DNA of 64,000 nucleotides from Candidatus Dojkabacteria bacterium (GCA_030583845.1 CP129478.1:343175-407174); one strand, 5' to 3'; positions 45,025 to 54,980 are shown, numbered from the stretch's first letter. Numbers and translations are program-made. The notes: generated by a model from the sequence alone, not told the origin.

Positions 45025-46788
45025 ATGAACCGTGGTTCTAGAACAGTACTAATTATTATCCTCGTGATAGCCGCCCTCTTAGGAATTGGGGCTATCGCTC
45101 TTCTCTGGTATAACTCAACAATTAACGACCAGGATGGAGACGATAACAATAATAATGTATCAGCCAACAAGTGTAACCAGATTTTCGTCCTTGATGCTTC
45201 CGAGAATGCTATTGATAATGATGCGACACTTGACCCTGCCCAACCTATCTTCATAGGTGCAGAATTTCAAGTTGATAAAGATGTGCTTCCTGATCAGCAG
45301 ACCGGAGCGGATGTCGAGCTACAGGATTTCGGATTTGCATTTACTGTTAACTCGGCTAATCAGCCAGAGGTTGTAACAACCGTCGACGTTGAGGAAAGCG
45401 GAGACTACTACATATTCAAACCACAATACTCCTACTCTGATTTTGGTGGAGACAGCACACTTTCTATAGTTGCTGATTTCGACGCAGAAGAGAATGTCGC
45501 ACTTGATAACTCGCTTGGAGCAAACTCAAGCTGTGCCGCAGTATATGAGGTAAAGATTGAAGGGAACCAGGGAAGTGGGTCATGCGTTGCAGTTGGAGAC
45601 ACAGGAACTATCAGCGAGGATCAGTGTTGTACCGGCCTCGAGCAGGTTGACAACTGTACAGAGCCAGATTCTAATAACCAGTGTACCCTCGAAGTCCCAG
45701 AGTGCTTCACCTGCGTAAATGCCTTGGGTGACAACGAATGTGGGACAGGTGAAAATGAATGTAACAGCCCTCAGGATTGTACAGGCGAGCCTGGCGAGCC
45801 AACTGAGGAGCCAGACGCCTGCATCTCTGCCGGCAATACAGGCGATGGTGGTGCAGGTGAAGTTTGCTGTAACAACCTTTTCGAAGTAAATTGCGAAACT
45901 CCTGACTCTAACAATAGCTGTAGCGAAGCGGATGCTAGCTGCTTCAGATGTATCAGCGGCGAGCCAGGAGATAATGTGTGCGGAAGCGGGGAAAATATCT
46001 GTAACAGCTTTGAGGATTGTGGAGATGGTATTCTTGAACCAACCGACCCAGGCGAGCCATCTGCAGGTGGCGGTGATGATGACGGAGATTTCGATCCGAC
46101 AGAGCCAACATCTGACAATTCAAACTTTACAGTCACAGTCACAACAGCCACACAGTGCGTAGAGAGAATTACACCAAATAACGATATCACTATCCTTATC
46201 ACAATCCGTAACGCAGGCTCGACCACCCATGATGTAGCCGAAGTCACAAATGCCCTGCCACTAGGATTTACATATATCAGTGGCAGCACGGTCATAAATG
46301 GAGCGGCAGATACAGGCGACCAATATCTCACACTTAACAACATCGGAGATAGTGAAGAGCTAGTCTGGACAGTAAGCAACGGCTGGAGCGTATCTGCAAA
46401 CGGCACATTGACCATCCAATTCCGAGCGATTGCAGACCAGAATGCCCTCACAGGCAGCAACCTAAACCAGGTAGTCGTCACACCGGAAAATATCCCTGTA
46501 AACAGCGACGCGTTGCGTGCATCGCTCTCTATAACCGTCGCACAGAACTGCTCTACGCCTCAGACAGCCATCTTTGGTGATTCATCAACCAAGATAATTG
46601 CCGGAATTGTAGCCCTTATCATAGCAATGGTATTCTACATCACATCTGCGGGCGAGATGGTCTCAATGAAGCTGGCTGGAAACAAGGTTATCCGAGACCA
46701 GGCTGAGAAAGTACGCATGGTTCACCTCAAGAAATCGAACCCACGAGAGTATTTCGAGGAGAAATTCCGAAAGAAGGATAAGAAATAG
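45025..46788 (+). CDS. Large surface protein with N-terminal signal/TM, two Cys-rich approx 80-aa repeats, a DUF11/CARDB-like beta domain and a C-terminal TM anchor
   Basis: Repeats CCTGLEQVDNCTEPDSNNQCTLEVPECFTCVNALGDNECGTGENECNSPQDC and CCNNLFEVNCETPDSNNSCSEADASCFRCISGEPGDNVCGSGENICNSFEDC; conserved-repeat-like NFTVTVTTATQC...TILITIRNAGSTTHD; C-terminal IIAGIVALIIAMVFYI. Confidence 0.6.
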   Translation: MNRGSRTVLIIILVIAALLGIGAIALLWYNSTINDQDGDDNNNNVSANKCNQIFVLDASENAIDNDATLDPAQPIFIGAEFQVDKDVLPDQQTGADVELQDFGFAFTVNSANQPEVVTTVDVEESGDYYIFKPQYSYSDFGGDSTLSIVADFDAEENVALDNSLGANSSCAAVYEVKIEGNQGSGSCVAVGDTGTISEDQCCTGLEQVDNCTEPDSNNQCTLEVPECFTCVNALGDNECGTGENECNSPQDCTGEPGEPTEEPDACISAGNTGDGGAGEVCCNNLFEVNCETPDSNNSCSEADASCFRCISGEPGDNVCGSGENICNSFEDCGDGILEPTDPGEPSAGGGDDDGDFDPTEPTSDNSNFTVTVTTATQCVERITPNNDITILITIRNAGSTTHDVAEVTNALPLGFTYISGSTVINGAADTGDQYLTLNNIGDSEELVWTVSNGWSVSANGTLTIQFRAIADQNALTGSNLNQVVVTPENIPVNSDALRASLSITVAQNCSTPQTAIFGDSSTKIIAGIVALIIAMVFYITSAGEMVSMKLAGNKVIRDQAEKVRMVHLKKSNPREYFEEKFRKKDKK

Positions 46789-46830
46789 AATCCCATAGGT
46801 GTGACCGCGTGCGTGACTACCTTAGAAGGT

Positions 46831-47232
46831 CTAGAATGACGGCGTTTCTACAATTATAGCTTCCCCGCTATCATCGTACAGCTTCCCATCTGAGATGATA
46901 TAGAATTGATACACTTTGCCTCTCTCTAAGCCATCTACATACGATTCATGGTCTACAGATGGAGCCCAACTATCACCGCTAATCTTTGAAGTATCCGAGG
47001 CAAACTCATTGTACTGAAGATAACTTACGCAGTCGCCATTGGTTTTCCACTGAATAGTGACATTCTCTTCCCGGATCGCTATTGTTTTCACATCGTAAGG
47101 TACACAACGAGGTAGCTCCACCTCTTCATTTGCTTCAGCACCCTCACGGATAAAAATCGCAGAAAATCCGAGAAGCAGTAAGATGTTCACCCCTATCGCT
47201 ACGAGCAGTATATTGTTAGTTCGCATCTTCAT
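46831..47232 (-). CDS. Hypothetical secreted protein, FN3-like beta-sandwich (133 aa)
   Basis: Signal peptide MKMRTNNILLVAIGVNILLLLGFSA; VTIQWKT...YQFYI pattern. Confidence 0.45.
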   Translation of the reverse strand: MKMRTNNILLVAIGVNILLLLGFSAIFIREGAEANEEVELPRCVPYDVKTIAIREENVTIQWKTNGDCVSYLQYNEFASDTSKISGDSWAPSVDHESYVDGLERGKVYQFYIISDGKLYDDSGEAIIVETPSF

Positions 47233-47665
47233 TTTCGCGGTGTATTAATAGATAAAATGTTTGAGTTGTCTCATGAATTCCATCAGACACTTCGACCACT
47301 ACCTTCACTGTCTCGTCGCCTGTTATTACAGGTATACCATAAAGCTCATATCCATTCCGTAGATCCATCCAGCTTGGCCCTTCTACAATCCTCAAGCTTA
47401 TATCTTCAGTCGGACTGTCAGAATCTGCCACCTTCACAATATAGCTAAACGGTAAATCTTCATAGGCATTTTGTGGGGCTACCGTGACGATCATCGGAAT
47501 CCCAGTAACCCTTTCAGCCACTTTTTCTTCCTCATTCTCCTCTACCAAGCTGCTTTTCTCGACTATTGTGATCTGCTTGTTTATCAGTAGAGAGGTCATT
47601 ATCGCGATAATCGAGACAAGTGGGAAGAGGATTAGGAATGCTATCTTTCTTCTTTTAGCGTTCAT
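47216..47665 (-). CDS. Hypothetical membrane-anchored or secreted protein (149 aa)
   Basis: N-terminal TM/signal MNAKRRKIAFLILFPLVSIIAIMTSLLI. Confidence 0.45.
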   Translation of the reverse strand: MNAKRRKIAFLILFPLVSIIAIMTSLLINKQITIVEKSSLVEENEEEKVAERVTGIPMIVTVAPQNAYEDLPFSYIVKVADSDSPTEDISLRIVEGPSWMDLRNGYELYGIPVITGDETVKVVVEVSDGIHETTQTFYLLIHRENEDAN

Positions 47666-47702
47666 ACCTGTACAGGTTAGCAGAATCGGCAGTTTAGCAC
47701 CA

Positions 47703-47824
47703 CCCCGCTAACCTATAGCACGTTCGACAACAGCCTAGATATGCGGTTTTATGTGGATATATTAAATCTAGCCCTGCTACCCTGCCCTACTGATTAATCT
47801 TCGACGCCTTATAGGTTAGCGGGG
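47703..47824. repeat. Family-1-related 15-bp inverted repeat pair separated by 92 nt, upstream of the rpsT promoter
   Basis: ccccgctaacctata (47703-47717) pairs with tataggttagcgggg (47810-47824). One C/T difference from the family-1 core ccgctaacttatag. Confidence 0.75.
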
Positions 47825-47834
47825 GGGATTATCC

Positions 47835-47863
47835 TTTACACAGCCACAATTTACCTATATAAT
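47835..47863 (+). promoter_or_regulatory. Candidate sigma70 promoter of rpsT
   Basis: TTTACA (47835-47840), 17-nt spacer, TATAAT (47858-47863); about 30 nt upstream of the rpsT ATG. Confidence 0.45.
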
Positions 47864-47894
47864 CTGACGTTTTACATCGAATATCATTAAGTGA

Positions 47895-48191
47895 ATGGCA
47901 AATATTAAGGCCTCCCTTAAATCAATCCGAAGAACAAAGACAGAAACTGTCTATAACTCAAGGTTGAAAAATCGATACAGAAGGGCTATAAAGAAATATA
48001 ATACTCTTCTTGAGCAGAATGATTTTGAAGCTGCTCAGCAGTATCTACCAAAGGTATACAAGCTTCTAGACAAAGCGGCAAAGAGGAATATTATGAACAA
48101 AAACAGTGCCTCGAGGAAGAAATCAAGGCTAACTGTCAAACTTAATCGATTGTCTGCCCTTGATGTCGAAGCTACTGCTACAAATTCTTAA
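47895..48191 (+). CDS. rpsT: 30S ribosomal protein S20
   Basis: MANIKASLKSIRRTKTETVYNSRLKNRYRRAIKK...KAAKRNIMNKNSASRKKSRL; typical S20 basic helical protein. Confidence 0.85.
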   Translation: MANIKASLKSIRRTKTETVYNSRLKNRYRRAIKKYNTLLEQNDFEAAQQYLPKVYKLLDKAAKRNIMNKNSASRKKSRLTVKLNRLSALDVEATATNS

Positions 48192-48717
48192 AATATCAAT
48201 ACTTCCGGCGGCGCTCATGATTACAAGCAAGGCTCTTGCTATGTATCTCTCTGTTCGGATTTTTGATATTACCCTCTACATTGATGACAACATTGAGAGC
48301 CTCTTCTCAGTTCAGCTTTACATCGATAATTTCGCCCAGGCTCAACTGGTTGAGTCTGTCTCAAACCTTGCAATGCTGCTCTCGATGGGTACAGTTTTCG
48401 GATACATAATGATCCGCTACATCCTGTATGAGAACAGCAGGCACGACCCAAGGACGATCGTGAAGCTTACCAAGCTCAATATGACCAAGTGGGTAACCTC
48501 GAAGGACACAGTTTTCCTGAAGATTTTCGTATGGGCACTTTTCCTCTTTATTACCTGCGCTATTGTTATCTCTAGCACACTCAAAGGCATGACATATCTA
48601 TGGATCGGTGTAGCTGCTTTTGTAACCATCATACTTACTGGATGGGGCTTGGTAAGGGCTTTCGAATCTGAATTCGGAAAGGTCTTCCCTTCTGAGCACT
48701 CAAATGGTAGCGTATAG
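48160..48717 (+). CDS. Hypothetical integral membrane protein (185 aa)
   Basis: Four or five hydrophobic helices; no recognised motif. Confidence 0.4.
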   Translation: MMSKLLLQILKISILPAALMITSKALAMYLSVRIFDITLYIDDNIESLFSVQLYIDNFAQAQLVESVSNLAMLLSMGTVFGYIMIRYILYENSRHDPRTIVKLTKLNMTKWVTSKDTVFLKIFVWALFLFITCAIVISSTLKGMTYLWIGVAAFVTIILTGWGLVRAFESEFGKVFPSEHSNGSV

Positions 48718-49339
48718 CGACATTTCAGGTTACAATATTTTTATGAAATCTCGCGAGCTCAAACGCTTACAATTGAAATATGGTTCGCTTTTAGACCCAT
48801 TCGCAATCGTTCTGCTCATAATCCTTTACTCGATCCCTATCCTAGCAGTCATCAACCTAACCCCACGCATCCGCCAATCGCTTACCGAGGGGAAATCGGT
48901 CCTAGGAAGCCAAGATAACACCGCAGTTGCAGTAACAAACATTACAGGGGTGCACACAGTCATAACCAACGAGGAATTTGACCAGATACTAGCAAATCGG
49001 TATGAGTATTCAGCCCGACTCGCGGTCCGCGATGAGGGAAGCTATTCAAAGCCATTTCTCAAAGTCAGCAATCCTACATTAGTAGAGCAAACAGTTGAAT
49101 TTCTTCCGATGAAAGAGAGCAGCTCGTCCACCGAGCTTGCAGTTATCTTTGACGATGTAAGCTACGTCGTCGCTGAAGCCGATGGAGAGACATTTTCAAG
49201 GCAGTTCACCCTAAAACCAGGCGAAGAGAAGGTCGCCTACCTCAGAGTCAGAAATGAATCGAGGGCGAATTTCTCAGAGAGGGTTAAGCTTGAGGTGAAT
49301 GTCTCGCAAAATTTTGCTTCAGATTCTTCCGAAGAGTAA
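48704..49339 (+). CDS. Hypothetical membrane-anchored protein (211 aa; start may be at the internal Met)
   Basis: N-terminal TM AIVLLIILYSIPILAVINL; rest predicted extracytoplasmic. Confidence 0.4.
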   Translation: MVAYSDISGYNIFMKSRELKRLQLKYGSLLDPFAIVLLIILYSIPILAVINLTPRIRQSLTEGKSVLGSQDNTAVAVTNITGVHTVITNEEFDQILANRYEYSARLAVRDEGSYSKPFLKVSNPTLVEQTVEFLPMKESSSSTELAVIFDDVSYVVAEADGETFSRQFTLKPGEEKVAYLRVRNESRANFSERVKLEVNVSQNFASDSSEE

Positions 49340-49414
49340 GCTCATCCCACACACAATCAGCCACTATCAATATACCTTAGCGGTAAAACCTTTTGATGAT
49401 ATAATCATTCCGTT

Positions 49415-51247
49415 ATGAAACAGGAACTGATAAGAAATTTCTCAATAATAGCCCACATTGACCATGGTAAGTCTACGCTTGCCGACCGAATCCTTGAGCA
49501 CACACTGCACATGAAGATCAAAGAGAAGAAGGTCGAAAGGGTCTTAGATACGCTCGATCTGGAGCAAGAGAAAGGCATCACCATCAAATTACAGGCCGCA
49601 CGTATGTCCTGGAAAGGTCACGAGCTAAACCTAATCGACACACCGGGCCATGTCGACTTCTCATATGAAGTCTCTCGATCATTGGCAGCATGCGAGGGGG
49701 CACTACTTCTGGTCGATGCTGGCCAAGGAATCCAGGCACAGACCATCTCAAACACTCGAAAGGCTCTTGATCTAGGGTTAACTCTCATCCCGGTAATCAA
49801 CAAAATCGACATCCCTGGGGCTGATATAGAGGCGCGAGTGCAGGAGCTTCATGAACTTTTGGGATTTAATGAAGATGAAATATTAAAGGTATCAGGAAAA
49901 ACCGGACAAGGTGTTGAAGAGCTACTGGACCACATTATCGAGGTATGTCCCCCACCAAAAGGCGATTCAGATGCACCGATGAAGGCTTTGATCTTCGATT
50001 CTTTCTACGACGAGCATAAAGGTGTCGTAGTAGCTATCCGTATGGTAGATGGAAAGATTGGCCATGAGGGCGAGGCTTATGGAAGCCTAAATGCCTTACC
50101 AAAGCTACATATTTTACAGAAGCAGGAAACATTTATCCCAACAGAGATCGGTGTGTTCGCACCAAATCTCGAGGAGATTAGCATGCTGGAAGCTGGTGAG
50201 GTTGGATATATAGCCACGGGTATGAAAGATATTAAATATTTTGCCGTGGGTGATACGATCTCGACAACCTCTGATGTTGAGGCGCTTCCGGGCTACAAGA
50301 CACCAAAGCCGAATGTGTTCGCCACATTCTTCCCTGTTGAGTCTGATGAGTACGAGGTACTCAAAGTAGCACTGAACAAGTTGGCACTAAACGATGCAGC
50401 TCTCACATTCGCCGACCAGCGCTCAAATCTGCTTGGATCCGGCTTCAGGTGCGGATTCCTGGGTCTCCTACATATGGAGATAGTCCAGGAACGGCTTGAG
50501 CGCGAGTACGATGTGAATCTGATCATTACAGCTCCTACCGTTGAGTACCAGATCACTAAGAACAGCGGCGAGGATATCGTAATACAGACTCCACAAGAAT
50601 TGCCTGATCCATCGGAGATACGAGAGATTCGCGAGCCGTGGGTGCAATTAAAGATCTTCACACCTTATAAATATATCGGCGTACTGATGGAACTGTGCTC
50701 TAGGTACCGCGGAAATTACATCAACACCAAGTATCTGACCGAAAGCAGTTCAATGAAAAGCCTTGATAACCAGTACATCACGTTGGAATTTGATATCCCG
50801 CTTGCCTCATTGATTTCAAATTTCTTCGACCAGATGAAGAATCTCTCAAGCGGATATGCGTCGATGGAGTACGAATTGATCGATTTCTTCCCTGTTGATC
50901 TTGTAAAAGTAGCCGTGCTAGTCCACCACGAGGAGGTGCCGGCATTAAGCTTCCTAGAGACCCGTGATAGAGCTCGTGGACGTGCAGTGAAGCTGCTTGA
51001 GATAATGAAGGAGGTGATCCCCCGCCAGCAGTTCCAGGTGCCAATCCAGGCCGCAATCGGCGCTAAGATCATAGCGCGTGAGGATATTCGTGCATTCCGC
51101 AAAGATGTGACCGGGAAACTGTATGGTGGCGACTACTCGCGTAAGAAGAAGCTACTTGAGAAACAGAAGAAGGGTAAGAAGCGATTGAAGCAGATAGGCC
51201 AGGTGAATATCCCGCAAGAGGCCTTTCTTGCTATACTGAAGACATAA
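49415..51247 (+). CDS. lepA: Elongation factor 4 (LepA)
   Basis: G1 motif IIAHIDHGKSTLADR, DTPGHVDF, NKID, and the LepA-specific C-terminal domain. Confidence 0.95.
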   Translation: MKQELIRNFSIIAHIDHGKSTLADRILEHTLHMKIKEKKVERVLDTLDLEQEKGITIKLQAARMSWKGHELNLIDTPGHVDFSYEVSRSLAACEGALLLVDAGQGIQAQTISNTRKALDLGLTLIPVINKIDIPGADIEARVQELHELLGFNEDEILKVSGKTGQGVEELLDHIIEVCPPPKGDSDAPMKALIFDSFYDEHKGVVVAIRMVDGKIGHEGEAYGSLNALPKLHILQKQETFIPTEIGVFAPNLEEISMLEAGEVGYIATGMKDIKYFAVGDTISTTSDVEALPGYKTPKPNVFATFFPVESDEYEVLKVALNKLALNDAALTFADQRSNLLGSGFRCGFLGLLHMEIVQERLEREYDVNLIITAPTVEYQITKNSGEDIVIQTPQELPDPSEIREIREPWVQLKIFTPYKYIGVLMELCSRYRGNYINTKYLTESSSMKSLDNQYITLEFDIPLASLISNFFDQMKNLSSGYASMEYELIDFFPVDLVKVAVLVHHEEVPALSFLETRDRARGRAVKLLEIMKEVIPRQQFQVPIQAAIGAKIIAREDIRAFRKDVTGKLYGGDYSRKKKLLEKQKKGKKRLKQIGQVNIPQEAFLAILKT

Positions 51248-51326
51248 AGGGCTCGATTATCGACGCTTGATTCAGTAAATTTTCGCTAACGAACTACAGG
51301 CCGACGCACAATTTCATTACGATTTC

Positions 51327-52466
51327 ATGATAAAAGAATTAAAACTCACCAACTTCAGAAAATTCGAAAAACTTTCATTAATTTTTAATGAAAGGGTCAC
51401 GATAATCTACTCCGACAACGCGGTTGGCAAGAGCACAATTTTAGAAGCTATCCACATCATTACCAATCAGTTCTCCCCCTTCTCCTCCGACAACAACGAA
51501 ATCTACAATATCTGGCAGGAGGAGCCAGACTCCCACTTCAGGATCGAGGTTCGCAATAAGCTTGACGATGATGAGGAGCAGCTTGCCCATTTCCAGGATA
51601 GAAAGAGCCGTCAGTACTTCAGAAATCGTGCAAAGACCACACGCAAAAAGCTCACTGAGAATGTCGCATCTGTAATCTTCAGCCCCGAGCAGATTGAGAT
51701 CCTCATGCTCTCACCAGACCGACGCCGTGATTTCATCGACGAGGTAATAGCCAGGCTTGACCCAGACTACCAGGACAATCTTAAAATCCTTCGCCGCACA
51801 CTTAAGCAGCGCAATTCTCAATTAAAGAAGCTCTCAAAGATCTTTTACGAAAGTGGCATCGTGCGAGAAAATGACCAACAGCTCGCCTACTGGACCAAGC
51901 AGTTCGCACATATCTCATCTCAAGTGATGCAGAAGCGAGCAGAAACAATCGACCTTCTATGCAACGACCTGCAAAAGCTAATCTATCTACCATCAGTAAG
52001 CATAAATATATTGAGCGACATGGTTAAGTATACTGAGCTTGTGGAATTGCACCTAGAGCAGCTTCAGACCAGCACAAAAAGAGATATAGCAGTGGGACAC
52101 TCCACGGTTGGCGCACATCGCGATGATTGGAAAATCATGGCCATCAGCAATGAGAAAAATGGTGTTGATCATAGCCAGGCCAAAGATGTGCGGAAATTCG
52201 GCTCACGTGGAGAGAAACGGATGGCTGTAGGCCGTCTGATACTGACTAGTCACACTCTACTCCAGGAGAAGCTTGGCTTTGCCCCCACTCTACTTCTCGA
52301 CGATATCTCATCCGAGCTAGACCAGGGCAATACTGTAAAGATATTGCAGGATGCCATATCGCGAGGTGCGCAGCTGATAATTACAACAATCCATCTTGAG
52401 GAGATACCTGAGGAGATCCGTGATCAAGCCGAGGTGCTCAATCTATCCGAGCTGCTCCGAGATTAA
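51327..52466 (+). CDS. recF: DNA replication and repair protein RecF
   Basis: N-terminal MIKELKLTNFRKFEKLSLIFNERVTIIYSDNAVGKSTILEAI (SMC-like Walker A); C-terminal LLLDDISSELD Walker B and D-loop. Confidence 0.85.
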   Translation: MIKELKLTNFRKFEKLSLIFNERVTIIYSDNAVGKSTILEAIHIITNQFSPFSSDNNEIYNIWQEEPDSHFRIEVRNKLDDDEEQLAHFQDRKSRQYFRNRAKTTRKKLTENVASVIFSPEQIEILMLSPDRRRDFIDEVIARLDPDYQDNLKILRRTLKQRNSQLKKLSKIFYESGIVRENDQQLAYWTKQFAHISSQVMQKRAETIDLLCNDLQKLIYLPSVSINILSDMVKYTELVELHLEQLQTSTKRDIAVGHSTVGAHRDDWKIMAISNEKNGVDHSQAKDVRKFGSRGEKRMAVGRLILTSHTLLQEKLGFAPTLLLDDISSELDQGNTVKILQDAISRGAQLIITTIHLEEIPEEIRDQAEVLNLSELLRD

Positions 52467-52502
52467 GAGCTCAGACCCGATCGGGTCTGAGCTCTTAATC
52501 TC
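52467..52502. terminator. 36-nt perfect palindrome between convergent recF and the 600-aa secreted protein gene (bidirectional terminator candidate)
   Basis: ttaagagctcagacccgatcgggtctgagctcttaa, perfectly self-complementary and centred on GATC. Confidence 0.55.
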
Positions 52503-52521
52503 GGAGGAATCTTGCGCTTAC

Positions 52522-54324
52522 CTACAAAGCATTCACAAAATCGATACCGTTTACTCTCCCATCGGAGTTCGTATCAGCAGGGCCACCATCGTCGCCATAT
52601 GCATCAATCACCTGCTGTGGCGTAACGTTCCCACCACCCTGGCATTGAGTACATGTCCCTCCACAACCATCACCCTCGCTACAGCTCCGTGTGACACAAT
52701 CAGGAATACATGCTCGCACATTTGTTGAGGGCTGAAGATGTTGGCACTCTACCCTATCCGGTGTACATCCAGACCAGATTGCATAGTTTCCAACTGAGTT
52801 TGCACCATTAAGATTATCAACCATCACGAAGCCAGCAGCGTAGTAATCGGTTAAAATAGTACTCAGGAAAGGATGGTAGTTCTCGGTCCCCAAGAAACCA
52901 GAAAGGTGGGTGTTTAGCGAAGGATTTCCCCCTTTCGCGCCATTTGCGAAAGTTTGCCAAGCGACCTGGTTGTTGTAGTGCCTTGGGTAATGAGAAGGTG
53001 GCTCGATATGCAGACCTGATGCTTGCACTACACTATTGAGAATTGAGAAATCGACCTCGGGCATATGCAGATTATTATCATAGTAGTAGGTTGCTATTGT
53101 CTCCGCGTTGCTATCTTTCGCCCGAATCTCATTGGCGATCTCATTCATGAAGCGAGCCATATTGTACTTCTTGAAAAGCTCGTAGTTAGCATTTTGTGGA
53201 AACGGCACCTGTGAAACAGGTGACTCGTTGCGTGTTGCACGCCACGCATTATATTTTGCCAACTCAACCGTGGAATAATCGACCTGGTAATCGTTCTGAT
53301 CCCCGATCTCGTAGTCTCGATCGCCAGCGTAACCAGTTGTAAACACCATATTCTCACGGATATGGGAGTAGCTTGGCTCCTGCCAGAGCAGATATCCACG
53401 CACATTCACATGATCCTTGTATCGCTCTGCTCCTTCACCGACAACCTTCTTAGTGAAATTAAGAAAAGCATCAGATGAATAGCTTGGGACAGGTGTGTGT
53501 ACACCAAGATCTGTATCTAGACCATTGAACACCATATCAGCTGACTCGTACACCTGAATCGGTGCGCCAAGATGCTCCATCTCCACACCATTTGTTGTGA
53601 GTGGTAGGTGTCTCCCATTTGGATGGGCGTGGCTATCCTGGTAGATCATGATATGCTCGATCCAGTTATAGTTGGATCCATTTACGTTGCTGGATGGATG
53701 TCGCATAGCATCAGTCGCGGGATCAGACATGCAGTAGCCTTGTGCAATTTTCTGTGCGATTGTCATACCTGGCCCCCAATCTGGCCTGCACCAATACCAC
53801 CCCATCAGCGAGTAGTACGAGTATGGGTATGGCGCCTGACCTCCATAAGCTGAGGTATTAATTAAGAAAAAAACTTCGATCCCATTTATCCTTGCTAGAT
53901 CCACCAGGTCATCATAGTAATCATAGTCAGGATTGTTAAAATCAACGAAATCGTTGATCTTGTTGGTGCCGCCAGGATGGTTGGATGGCAAACTATTATC
54001 TTGGCTCCATCTTGGTGGATATACATCCTTTGTATCCAAGAGAATCTGAAGCACATGTGGTTTGTGGTATGCGAGCATGGCATTGAATTCACCCTGTAGC
54101 TGAGCATAGTCTGTCGCGTGATCATACTTCATGAATTTATAGCCGCCCATCTGTGTCTCGGGTTTGAAGACCCACGGGGACGAAAGCGGAGCCCACCACA
54201 GATTCCACGTTTTATACCCCCCTTGAGCCTTCACTGGTGCTGACGAGGGTACATATCCAATGAGTACCAGCATCATTACGAGCATCACAAAGAAGTATTT
54301 TGAGTATTTCAGGAGCCTTTTCAT
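52522..54324 (-). CDS. Secreted protein, possible glycoside-hydrolase-like fold, with a Cys-rich segment and a single C-terminal dockerin-like repeat
   Basis: Signal peptide MKRLLKYSKYFFVMLVMMLVLIGYVPSSAPVKA; Cys cluster CIPDCVTRSCSEGDGCGGTCTQC; C-terminal DTNSDGRVNGIDFVNAL (calcium-binding dockerin-type loop). The enzymatic assignment is weak. Confidence 0.45.
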   Translation of the reverse strand: MKRLLKYSKYFFVMLVMMLVLIGYVPSSAPVKAQGGYKTWNLWWAPLSSPWVFKPETQMGGYKFMKYDHATDYAQLQGEFNAMLAYHKPHVLQILLDTKDVYPPRWSQDNSLPSNHPGGTNKINDFVDFNNPDYDYYDDLVDLARINGIEVFFLINTSAYGGQAPYPYSYYSLMGWYWCRPDWGPGMTIAQKIAQGYCMSDPATDAMRHPSSNVNGSNYNWIEHIMIYQDSHAHPNGRHLPLTTNGVEMEHLGAPIQVYESADMVFNGLDTDLGVHTPVPSYSSDAFLNFTKKVVGEGAERYKDHVNVRGYLLWQEPSYSHIRENMVFTTGYAGDRDYEIGDQNDYQVDYSTVELAKYNAWRATRNESPVSQVPFPQNANYELFKKYNMARFMNEIANEIRAKDSNAETIATYYYDNNLHMPEVDFSILNSVVQASGLHIEPPSHYPRHYNNQVAWQTFANGAKGGNPSLNTHLSGFLGTENYHPFLSTILTDYYAAGFVMVDNLNGANSVGNYAIWSGCTPDRVECQHLQPSTNVRACIPDCVTRSCSEGDGCGGTCTQCQGGGNVTPQQVIDAYGDDGGPADTNSDGRVNGIDFVNAL

Positions 54325-54369
54325 CCTCTAATATAGCACTTTGGCTGCGTGGTAGTAATTGTGGCAGGC

Positions 54370-54945
54370 CTAGAACAGGCTAAGGTTCTGATCATCTACG
54401 ACAACTCCCTGCTTTTCTCCGAGCGACCAATCGATCTCGGCCTCTTTCAGGAACCCGCTTCTATCATAATATTTGATTACCCCATGCTCTACGCCATAGT
54501 CATAAAGCTCCATGGTGACTTTCACATCTTGCAGGCAGTATTTCTTGAGGCTCTCAAGGTCGCCGGATACCCAGTAGCGCACTGCATCAGCCCCACTCCC
54601 GTTCTTGCCGTGGCCAAGTGTTGCATTGGCGACGTCGTCTAATTTAGGCCGGAAGCCAATCTTCTTCTGAATTGCCACCATCAGATCTATCTGCGGCAAA
54701 TTCATGACATCCTCGCCAAGGTAGTTGGCGATAACCGGCATGTCGAATGTAAATCCGTTGTAGTGGACTATCTTATCTGCACCTTTCAGCATCTCCCCCA
54801 GCTTTTCCATGTCCGATTCCCAGAAGTCGTAACTCTTGCCCGTCGCAGAATCGATTACCCCTGTGTAGGAGATCTTCATGTCTTTGATCTGAAAGGCATC
54901 GCCGCTTGTCCAGTCATTTTGTGTTTCAATATCAAGAAAAATCAT
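54370..54945 (-). CDS. DnaQ-like 3'-5' exonuclease (DEDDy family)
   Basis: Exo I FLDIETQ, Exo II HYNGFTFDMP, Exo III YCLQDV. Confidence 0.65.
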   Translation of the reverse strand: MIFLDIETQNDWTSGDAFQIKDMKISYTGVIDSATGKSYDFWESDMEKLGEMLKGADKIVHYNGFTFDMPVIANYLGEDVMNLPQIDLMVAIQKKIGFRPKLDDVANATLGHGKNGSGADAVRYWVSGDLESLKKYCLQDVKVTMELYDYGVEHGVIKYYDRSGFLKEAEIDWSLGEKQGVVVDDQNLSLF

Positions 54946-54980
54946 ATGATTAATTATATTTGAGGTTGATTAAATTATCG

